A DNA stretch of 64,000 nucleotides from Phoronis australis. Its lineage: Eukaryota; Animalia; Phoronida. Both the position numbers and the translations under genes were made by a program. Shown piece by piece: positions 1 to 11,300 of the stretch; position 1 is the first letter of the stretch, and every line of letters begins with the position of its first letter. The notes beneath the pieces were generated by a model. It ran no database searches. It was not told the DNA's origin and was given only the letters and a program-made list of their open reading frames with translations. The stretch covers positions 62,001 to 126,000 of the forward strand of contig NMRA01000371.1 in the NCBI GenBank assembly GCA_002633005.1, given 5' to 3'.

Positions 1-556
1 CAAAAACGACTGGAATTCTCCCATCAGCCTGCAGAAAATGTCAACAACAATGGCCGCAAAGATGATCTGGGATTCCAAATGTGGAAGTGCGGCTGTTCTG
101 AAGATCAATTAGGTGAAGTAAATTACAGGTGGGCACTAGCTTGAGCAGTTTGTGATTAAATTCTCAAAAGTTGAAGGTGGGGGTTTAATACGAAAATTTT
201 CAAAAGTAAAATTTGGGTGTTAACGTAACCATGGACGACAACCCGAATGTTAACGGTAACTTGGCAAGCAAATTAAAGAGCTTTGTACGAAACAATAACG
301 AGCCATAAGAAAATCATTTTAAACTTGAGTGAAAAACAAGATGAGAGAGATTGTGAGGCCCAAATTAAAAGTAGGTTATTCACAGAAAGTGCAGCTATCT
401 ATCCCAACTATGGGATTTTGATGGACATAACCACAGTGTTAAGGCTTATTTTTTCACAGTCAAATCAAATACACTATACGACTAGAAATCAAGACCGTAA
501 TTCGTCATACAGATTTTTGTTGTGACTTCAAAGATTGTACTACGTGAAACTCTCAC

Positions 557-3500
557 CTGTTAAAAGAGCAAAACAAGGGGTTCCCCGTCTGCTTGGACAA
601 GTCGTAAAGGTTGGCTACAGCTTCAGGCTTCTCTGCGATTGGCTTCTCGCAAAACACGGCTTTGTCTGAAACAAGGAAAGAACTGGATGCACAAATGATC
701 AGAACGACGGTTTGCAAACACCGCCAAAAATCAATAAATTCATAAATCTACTTTAAAAAACGTGGTTTGTAGCACCCCTTTTTAATTTTGTTACTTTCTT
801 TGTATGCAGCCCATCAAAATTCTCAGGAGACATCAAAGAGGCAACATGTTTATTCAGTATGTACTAAATTAGTTGTCATTAAACAAGGAAAAATACAATC
901 TTACGGTAATGGTTTACTACCGACGACAAACAAACAAAGCTGAATGTTGCTACATTGTCAAAAAAGTAGCAAAACTGAGGTAAATTCAGAGAACTGTGAG
1001 TTTAGGTAAAACGGAATAGTTAGATTTGTTGTTTTTTCAAAAAGGAGCACACGCAGAAGAGATTCATGCTTCTTTAAGAGTAGACCTGAATAAAGTAAAT
1101 ATGTTTAAAGCACACAGATAAATCCAACAGCCAGATATTGAAAGCGGTAAATACTAAAGTGTCATTATGTACAAAAATGTAGAAATCGTTTATAATTTCC
1201 AGAATTTTGGAGAAAAATGCGAGAAGATTTAGAAGCATTTAACTGCAGCTGTTAACAACAGGTTGGCCAAGCTAAGTTTGTAAAGCAGTCATCAGACAAA
1301 TCTGTCATAGTGGCATGAAGAGTAGATATGCCAAATGGGAAATTTGGGGTTTATGTTAAGGCTATTGGTAAGTCTATGTTAACACCTTATAGCTGCTGCT
1401 GTCTCAAAAAATAAGGAAGATGAAGCTGTGTCACACTGAATTCTGTGAATATTCAAATAGAGACAAGCCAACAAGTCTATTGAATTGAGCTTCACGCATA
1501 GTGCACATGACAATATAACAATAGATTTTAGTGACAACTCATTTGAATACACACAGAATTTCTGTGACAAAATTGGACTATCTTGCCCCTCTGCCCTCAA
1601 ATACGTGCACAGAGTACGTGCAGAAACGAACACACAAAACGAGGACTACATCAATAGGTTACACTGCCCGTAGATACCGTCCCTCCATCACTCTCTACTT
1701 TACGTAACTTTTAAGACATTCACACCAAGATTTTTCTTTACAAATCCATGTAGGCCATGCTAAGAAAACAACTTGTGTTAACCAGTAGCAAGGGCTACAG
1801 ATTTAGAGTCAAAATATTGGAAGCCTCAGATCAACTGTAATAATGTATGTTTTAACAACTTTTTGAGGCCAAGTAAAATGACAGTTACGTAAGTTAGTTA
1901 AGTAGACGGAACAACTTGCTCTCGGTAAGTTGTATAGATACCATGCTCCAGGGCTTTGCGTACAATTTCTTCATGTTGAAAAGTTGGAGTTGTCACGAAC
2001 ACAGCATTTATGCTGTAAATATTAAGCAGATTACGTATACACGGCAAAGTGCAAAACGATGCCAGACATTGGTGCACGGAAATTAATCAAACTATTTAAA
2101 AAATTATGCCTGATCCCAGAAATTCAAATTTAATTGGATACTGTATGGACAACTTGGTGTTTCGAGCAATCTGGAATCTCATAAGTTCAATCCAATACAC
2201 TTTAATAACGAATTCAATCCTTTTAAAAAGAAGCAGATTTAAATGATTGTTAGCAAGGTAATTAAATCCTGTCAACTTCCATGCACCATGCGCAAAGCTG
2301 CAACAAAAGGCCATGTTTCATTAGCAAATATTCACAGACAAAGGAGTACATGAATATTACGCAAAGTTGCAAACTAGAATTTTAAAACTTTTGCATTTAA
2401 AAAAAAATCCTGAATTATCAACATACTTTTACTTAAATATCATCAGACTGTAAATGAAAAATTGAATCGAGCATTTTTTTTTCCGGGTCCTTTAAATGTT
2501 TCCAAATTAAATACTCTTCCGAAGCACTATTTTTTGAAAGAATGTGACCAAAACAAGGAGATATTTAACCAGTTTGTGGACAATCATACATGTTACAAAC
2601 TGGCTCCAACACATATTGAGATTCAGCAATTCAACAGACAAATAATAACCAGCTGAAGACACAAATGTAATTTGCATCATTCAACACAATTTTGTCCATA
2701 TGACATGGTTGGTGGAAGTTAGAGCTTCATCAGGGCCATGTCCTGGAAATGTTGTTGAGAAGGAGAAACAGTGGATGACTTCATGAACATTGTAGTCTGG
2801 ATTTGCGAAGTATGTTACATGTCATGACCTTTAGCACTGCCAATCAGATTACTCCAAGTGGAGATTTTACCTTTCCAACTGAACGTGAATTTTGCAACTA
2901 CATAGTTTGATCCAGCCATTTTGAGATAAGTTGCAATCAATGGCAGTTTAGAGTGGCTATAAACCTGTGTTCTGTTCATGCAGCAAACGTTTGATTTAGA
3001 TAACGCACTACTGTAAAATTGGTCTCACCTTTTTGCTTAGTCAGATGAGTAACTTCATTCGAAGTCCTTAAATCACCGCTAATTTGACTAGGAAACATGC
3101 GAGACCAATTCTTCAACTGTAAGTGGTCTAAATGAAAAGTTGATTTTTGTGATCGAAGATGGTTCATAGTCGCTTTAAGTACAGGATTTTTAAGCTTTAC
3201 GGCTAACCGAAACTCTTCATGACAGGCAAGTTGGATATTAGTGGGAAAATATTTTTGTTTCCAACATTCAATTTATGACAGCAAAATGTTTGTATAGGGG
3301 AATCTATCTCAAACGTGGATTTTCATTTGAGACAGATATTATCTGGGTGTTTCATTCAATTACTGTAACAATCTTGTGATGCAAAATAGGACAAGTCTGT
3401 GCCTCTTCAAAGTTGGACCCAGATAATTCAAACATCATCAAGGGGCCTCAGCATGAATCAGAGGGTGCCTCTTCAAAGATGGACTCACTTGTTTAAACAC

Positions 3501-6500
3501 AGGTGCATGACTGCTTGACAGTTTACAAATACCACAGCTGCTTGGATCAGCTGTACCTTCAGTATTTTTATCAGATAGGCCAACGAGTACAGTCACGAGT
3601 TGGCAAGTTCTAGTGTTGGATTCATGCCAAGTCATGGCAAATAATTCATGAAATATATTGTTTCAACCCAAGTACAAGCTTTTGTACTTTTAAAGGTCTA
3701 ATTCAATGCCATTTGGGTGATAAGACTATTGCCTTGGGATATCCTTTTTCACACAATGGCCAGTGTGGACTGTTCTTACTTAATTTTGCAATTGTCAGAA
3801 AAATGAGTCACTAGATAAGGAAAGTTACCACTTCAAGTAATTTGTGGTTACTCTGTCGTTGGAATTGAATTCATAAGTATTTAAGTTTAATAGACTGCTA
3901 TGTCATCTGAAGTAGGCTATTTTTCATCCGCTGATTTAGCAAAAAAGCACAGTTGGTTCTAGGCTTTGGTTGTTGTTTTGAAAACTGATGAAACAAGCAA
4001 AACTGATCCTAATTCTTCTCCGTCAACTCGACCCAATTTAAAACCAATTTCAGTGCTGCAGTCACACAATTGCCAATGATTGTGACAGTGTCAGCTGGGG
4101 GGGGGGAGGAGAACGTTACTCATGTGTACATGAGAGTGAGGCGGTGCATAATTGCCAAACAGTACAAACTACAGCTTTAAAATCTCACTTATGTGCCTTT
4201 ATGAGGCTTTTCACACCAAAAGCTCAACACCTTGGCCTAAGTTGATGAGGATAGATTTGCTTGCAGTGATGAGTGGAGGATTCAAAATGAGTCAGATTAT
4301 AGACCAGTCCAATTTAAAGCAATTTTTCACCTTAATTTAAGAACTAATCCTTTTTTGATTGAAGATAAGAAATTGCTTTGGTTCATAAGTAAAGAACAGC
4401 TCTTGTATGTCATCAACGATAGCCAATAAAGACTTTGGGCCCGTTCCAAGAAAACTGACTTGGATAAGACAAATCCTAAATATCAATCAATTTTTTAAGT
4501 CCATTCCAAGAAAGTGATCTTAAGTTTGACTTAAGTTTTTGACTTACGTTTTGTCTTAACATTGACTAACTTACCAGATGTGGAAGTTTCAAAGTTAGGA
4601 AGTTGAGACAAATCTTAGACTTAAGAAAAAAATGAACTTAAGTCAGTTTCTTGGAATGGGACCATTGTTTATGTGACATTTTCATTATAGGATCACTAAC
4701 TCAGTGAATCTTTCTTAGTCAACCTGTAATGCCCAGAGTGACACCTAGTGGAAGTAAGACAATGCTCATCAATAGCAGACGTGCACCTGATTTCCATAAA
4801 TCGTTGATACTTTTCTTCAGTTATTCCTTGTTTGTAAAAAATTAAGCAGTCTATTCCATAGACAACGCTGAAATATCTCATACAGTAACAAGATTATACT
4901 TAGTGAATTTGCAAATCACCTACACAATATTACAAAAGCTCTGTTTACAACTGCAGTGAAAAAGGGTTGACGTCTAAGTTTGCTGTATCCTGAAAATGTC
5001 ACCTATTTTTGGTCAAGACTATATGCACTCATTCATTACAGTCACCATCAGTTGTTTGTACAGGCATAAACACATTCAGTAACTTGAGAACAGTGCAGTG
5101 TCTTGCAAAAACCATATGAAAACAGACCCAGAAACAAGAATGTTTATGACTTACAACTTTTCCATCTGTTTTGTTATAGTTAAATGAGCTGCATTAGCTG
5201 TTCTAAACCAGTGCCATCATGCCCTGACCCCTTGCTTGTTGAATTGAAATTGGATGTAACAAAACACCGGGGAAGTCATTACAACTCTATCTTTCATAAC
5301 AACCTGTGACAATTCTTAATACATGTGCCCAATGTGCAAGTTATTTGAGGTGTTTTCAACTACGCCACAAATCTCAATCAACCATTTTCAGTCCTTTTGA
5401 TTTTCAATGCTTTTTAGCTCTTACATAGATTTGTCATAGTCTATGGCCAAAGGAGAAATTAGTTATTTACCGTCAACCAACAAGGTTATCACCTGCCCTT
5501 TAATACCTGGAAATTATTTTAAAGAGACTTTGATTTTTGAAACTTCCATTGTTTTTTTTTCAAATGGTTGACGTAATATTGGTCGAGAGAGTCCAAGTTA
5601 TTATGTTTGATGTACGCGCATGCAAAGTTTCAGTTTGAGGTTATGACCGAGATAAGTTCGACACATAAAAAAGTACACGTATTTCAACTTTACAAAGGTG
5701 TTATTTGTTCATTTGATAAATTCAACGTAACTTACTATCTATGTTTCCCAGAAAAACCTTTTCAACAATTTTCACTGGGTTCAAGCACACAATTCACATC
5801 TTTAGTTTCATTTACGGAGAATTTTACTCTCAAGAAGGCTTTTAGTCAGTGAAAAATCTGGTTTACATAACCTTAGTGGCAAGTTTTCTAAACAAAACAC
5901 TGTTTGGCCCTGTGAATACAAGACAGGGCCCAGGCCAAGTTGTGTACTGGGCACTACGGTGTAGCTTAGGTGATGAAGCAGCAAGTGTAAAAATCCACAC
6001 ATTTAAAGGTGGACGTCCACACCCAACTGCACAATAAAGTGCATCCAGCCACCCACTAACGTTCACAAGAATCATGAGCAACTACTTTGGCACAACCATT
6101 GCAGTTTAATTTTACAATAATCTCAATTTAAAAAATTTGAGGTTGGACTACCAACGGCTCTTCAACACCTCCACTGTGCCATTGAAGAGACTGGTGGAAT
6201 AATGAAGTAACTAACACCCCTCATCTATCATTTATCACAAGGTACTGAAGGTGAACAGGGTGTACTGGGGTATAACCCTGTTACGTAACAAAGTATACCA
6301 GACCCTGTTCAGGAGGTAATTCATACAACAGTTATGTAAGACTACAGCCAATGCTAGAAAATAAACCTGAACAGATAACAAGCCAGAGCACCAAAGGGAA
6401 CTCTCACTATATGTGTTGTCCAAAAGTTTTACCTTAATGCAGGTGAAAATATGCAATAACTGGAGATCAAAAACAACAAAAAAGAACTTTCTGTCTGCAT

Positions 6501-6779
6501 AATTTAGGGCATTTTCTAGATTCTTTACCAGTGTAGCAGTAGTAAGAGGAACACTCACCTGTTATCCTCAAAGACTTTGCTGGACTCAGAAGGATGCAGT
6601 AATTTGGAACTGGACATGTTGAATGAATGAAGGTACTTAGTGGCGACGTCTGTGTCTGGTTCTATGACATATGCGATGTTGACGCGGTATGACTTCATTA
6701 GATTTTCAAAGTGGATGCGCCCTGCTCTTCCCAGTCCAAAAATGGCCACTTGAATCTTACCATTGAGGCTTGGCTTCAT
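557..6779 (-). CDS. Gfo/Idh/MocA-family oxidoreductase, myo-inositol 2-dehydrogenase (IolG)-like; first three coding exons, gene continues beyond the left edge
   Basis: Exons 6779-6559, 2012-1942 and 665-557 all have GT-AG boundaries and matching phases. Spliced protein: MKPSLNGKIQVAIFGLGRAGRIHFENL...VIEPD...SINAVFVTTPTFQHEEIVRKALEHDKAVFCEKPIAE...LFCSFNR. It contains the Rossmann GxGxxG, the TPxxxH motif and the family-diagnostic CEKP motif. An acceptor (ttttccag) 25 nt upstream of the ATG implies an upstream non-coding exon. Confidence 0.92.
4437..4663. mobile_element. MITE, PIF/Harbinger-like termini
   Basis: Terminal inverted repeats gggcccgttccaagaaaactgactt / aagtcagtttcttggaatgggacc with internal (gac)ttaag repeats. 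No clear TSD. Confidence 0.7.
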
Positions 6780-8015
6780 GTTGTCTTGCGACTCAGTATC
6801 TCACCTGGAAAATACGCAAAATATGACAAATTGTACGTAACCAAGTTCCACTTGATTTTGATCGTTGTTATGAATTGCCAACGCACCAAAGAGATGTAAA
6901 AAATTGTGAGGGTAGCAGGATTCTTAGCCAAAGCAGTGGTCAACTGAACTTTCAGTGCACTGCACATGTGTCTATTTTAGTTGTTGGTTCTATGTTGAAC
7001 TAAGCACTGTAATTGGTTAATAAGGGACAACTCCTTCCACTATCAACCAATGGCAACAAGTAAGCATGTGTTGTGCTCCTGATGTGGAAACTGGTTCAGA
7101 CTGGTTTTTGCAGATGTTTACCAGATGAGGTGCCAATAATTTTCTTTATGGGTTATGGCAACAGGCTCAACTGGTCAGGAAACCCTGAACAGCTATTCTT
7201 TTCTGCTCCAAGTGTAAACCACTATTCTGACTAAAGAAACAAGTGTCACTTCTTCATTTGAGATAATTTTATCATATTCCTAGAACTTTCAAAGACACTG
7301 TTACAGCAAAAGTTCAAAGAAGCCCAGAGTTCACAATTTGCAAGAATTAAACCATCCCAAACCACAACATTCCATGCAATTTTGCTGATGAGGCCTACAG
7401 TTCCATATCTATAACTGACCCATGTAGTTCAAACGAAAGCCACATCAACACAAAGACATTATTGCAAGAAGCATTACAACTCTTCCAACAGAACATGATT
7501 AATTAAAGGAATCTATGGGTGAATTGAAACAGTGTTGCAGTATTACAGAGTGTCTTAGACCCCCCAACTCTGTACAGTGAAAGCAAAGGAATTTATCAAC
7601 TGCACCAATATAATTCAAATGACAAATAGAACCTCATGATAAGACAGGTCACAGTATCAATTACCCTCTCCAAAGTCAAGCAGGGGAAGAACATTGTTTT
7701 TTTCGCCAGCACTTTTGCTACTGCGGCGAAAAATGCAACAAACATGAATGGTTGCAAAGGTTAGTTTGGCTGTGAGTTTGAGTTAACCCACACTTTCGTA
7801 GCACAACCACTTGCTTCACAGAACACACATGTGAGGCATTTGTTTGTCTATTTTTTAATCGATTCAAAGAAAGGATATGAACGCAGTGAAAATGTTTTGA
7901 AAGAGTATAAATGCCTCTAGAGAAAGTTGATGTTTTTAACATGAGAACATGATTCATAGCTAGTGGCTTTATTCTTAATTTTCTCAATACAGAAAAATGA
8001 TATAATTATTATATC

Positions 8016-8252
8016 TGTGTGGAATGAATTGGGAGAGCAAAAGTGATAACTGGTTCGTGTAAGGTTAAAAGAACAACTGATTTTATTTGCACAGAAACTA
8101 CAATATAATAATGCAGTCATGCAGCCACGTGTAGTAATCACGTGGTACGAGTAGGAGGAGTTAAACTAACCAATAGTATTAAACGTGTAGGTGGGCCCAA
8201 ATAAGGCACAATTCTCAGAATACATAAAATCATCAAGAAGTCATTCTTGACA
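8016..8252 (-). repeat. 3' LTR of BEL/Pao element
   Basis: 237 bp, with 5 substitutions relative to 13655-13891. AATAAA on the minus strand. Confidence 0.97.
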
Positions 8253-8262
8253 CTCCGCCGCC
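8253..8262 (-). other. Polypurine tract of BEL/Pao element
   Basis: GGCGGCGGAG on the minus strand, directly abutting the TG of the 3' LTR. Confidence 0.8.
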
Positions 8263-8389
8263 AGAAAAATGTGAACAAACACAAGTATGATACGGTTAGG
8301 TACAATGAACGTTAAACTAGGTAATATAGATGGCTAACTACATCGTTTATATAAGAATACATGATACATGCAAATGCTACGTAAATAGT

Positions 8390-11300
8390 TTATGATAATA
8401 ATTGTCCAGTCCAATGTTTAATATTTTGGAGGGCCTGGTCGGCTGCACGTCGTCTCACACGAGGAGGGTTGTCAATTTGATTTTGATCTTGAATAGTATT
8501 CCCTCCGATATCGTGGTGTAATTCCAAGGGGTATAGTTTAACAACCGGTCGGTTGGTTATTCCATTTTTTGTTTTCAGTGTTGCAGAGCGAACATAGCCA
8601 TCCGCGCCGTGGTGAAGTTGTGTAATAATAGCTAACGGCCAGTTAACGCGTTTAGAATCCGAATGTATGAGTACAATATCTCCCACATGGATGTCCGTTT
8701 TTGATGAACCACCTGTCTTGTTAGTTGCAGCGTGATGTTCGCGTAATGCTGGGAGATATTCGCGTCGCCATTGTGTCCAAAATTTCCGGAAAAGTTGTTG
8801 CAAATAGATCACACGTTTTCCAAACTGATCGTGAGGTGGGTTAGTTGTGTAGTCCGGATCTTCGAAGTCGTCCAAATTTTCATGCGGTAACGGCATGATC
8901 ATCCGCCCGTGAAGTAAATGTGCGGGAGTTATCGGAGATGAATCCGGATTGTCATCCGTGACGTACGTAAGTGGTCGGTTGTTGAGCACAGTCTCTACCT
9001 CCGTAACAAGTGTTGAAAGTTCGTCTAATGTGATGTTCGTGTGACCAAGTGTTTTCTTTAAGCAGTTTTTTGTCATGCCTATCAAACGTTCGTAAAACCC
9101 TCCGAACCACGGTGCGCGTTTTGGAATGAAACTCCAAGTACATTTGCGGGTTGTAAGATAGTTGGACGCACTTTCGAAAATGTTCGCAATATCCTGTGCT
9201 GCTGATACGAAATATGAGGCGTTGTCGGAAATCATTTTGGATGGTGTAGACCGTCTGGCTGAGAATCGGCGAAACGCGCGAATAAATGATGATGTTGTAA
9301 GTGATGTCACAACTTCCAAATGAACCGCTCTTGTTACAGCGCATGTAAACAAGCAAACGTAAGCCTTGTTGGTTTTTGACAGTGAGTTGTCATCGTGGTA
9401 AAACAGATGTCCAGTAAAGTCTACTCCTGTTATGGTGAAGGGCGGAGCTTCGAGCAGACGGCAGGCTGGAAGTTGACCAGCTACTGGGGTGGGAAATGGT
9501 CGTCCTGTTACGCGTTTACAAATCACGCATGATTTCGTAAACCTGCTGACGAGCTGTCGTAGTTTCGGTATCCAGTATCGTTGTCGAACATAGTTCATTG
9601 TGGCCTGTGGTCCTGAATGGAGTGCTAGCACATGAGCCTGATCAATAATGAGATGACTCAGTCTGTGGTGTGATGGAATTAGAATCGGGTATTTCGTGTT
9701 GTAGGGTAATGTTGAGTTCTCCATACGTCCCGCCACGCGAATTATACCATCAGTGTCCAAGAATAGATTTAATTGTTTGACAAGTGGCGCCTTTGATTTT
9801 GAATTTGCCTTCAGTGCTTGAAGTTCAGTAGAGTAGTACTCCGACTGTGCACATTTAATCCACAGTAAACTAGCTTGTTGCAGTTCCTTAACAGTAACAT
9901 AACTTGACGTGTTACGTAAACGTCTAGTGAACCGCATAACATATGCGGTTACACGCAATAATTTGTTCAGCGTGGCATATCGGTTGATATCTATAATGTT
10001 GTTTATTCCAATTTCGTCTGGCGATCCCAGTGATGCTGTGTTGATAGCTGCAATAGGATTGTCGCAGGTGCAATCCACATTTTCCGAAGACTCGCAAGTC
10101 GTTGTCAACACTGCAGTGAGTGGCCAATCGCCACGCGTTAGCCATGATGGCCCGTGCCACCATAACGTAGATTTTTTCAGTTGATCGATAGTAATACCTC
10201 TAGTTAATAAATCTGCTGGATTGTCCTTGGTGGGGCAGTAATTTACAGAGTCAAACTTGGCAGATTTGACTTCATTGACACGATTCTGAACAAATATTGG
10301 TAGTTTTTTCGTTCCTGTGATCCAATGAATTGCTATTTGACTGTCCAGCCAGAGAACCCGTTTGGTGATGTTTAGCGAACTAGCAATAGATGCGGATACA
10401 TAGTTTGCTAGCCTAGCTCCTACTAGAGCCGACATTAGTTCCAAGCGTGGGATGGTGATTTGTTTCAATGGTTTAACACGCGTTTTGGCCATTACGATTG
10501 ATGATTCTTTCTTCGTCGTGAGAAAACAGACAGCTCCGTATGCGTCACTGCTGCTGTCACAAAACATGTGCAATTCGACATCGTTGGATTCTTCTGTGAA
10601 ATATCGGCGATTACATGTTGTCGTACGAGCTTTTTGTAGGTCGGCGTTTATCGTTCGCCATTCTTCTGTTAATGATTCTGGCAGTTCGTCATCCCACCGG
10701 TAGTTTTCTATCCACAGTTTTTGAATAAATATTTTAGCCCGAACGTGCACTGGCGACAGAAATCCGAGGGGGTCGAATAGCGATGATGTTGTACTTACAA
10801 CGTCTCGTTTTGTTGGGGTGGTAGCGTCCAAAGGATGTGATTTGAATTTGTCCGCGAAAGACAATTCATCGGCTGTGGTGTCCCATCGCATTCCTAGCAA
10901 GTTGACTGTGGGGTTACTGTCCTGTCTGTTATCCTTAATAGTCAGACTCCTTAGTCGAGGGTCATTAGTCGCCCAAGAGCGTAAATGGAAGCCAGCTGTG
11001 CTTAGTACCTCGTTGATTTCTGTGTAGTATTGCTTTGCTTTGCCTCGGGGCATGCTGCGTACAATATTGTCAACATAAACATCATTAGTCACGTTGGTGA
11101 ATGATGGTTTATTTTCAATGTCCAAGTGATGTTTTAGCACCGAGTTTAGAATGAACGGTGAGGACGATGATCCAAAGAGTACAGAGGTGAAGCGTAGAAC
11201 TTTGAAGTCGCTGTTCCGATCGTGTGGATTGGACAGCCAGAGAAATTTGGTGTAATTTCGGTCCTGCTGAGCTAACTTAACGTTGAGGAATGCCTTTTCA

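Noticed and set aside
7385-7445. CTGATGA...CGAAA hammerhead-like string
   Set aside because: The base of stem II does not pair beyond one G-C, and no valid stem I/III with an NUH site can be drawn.
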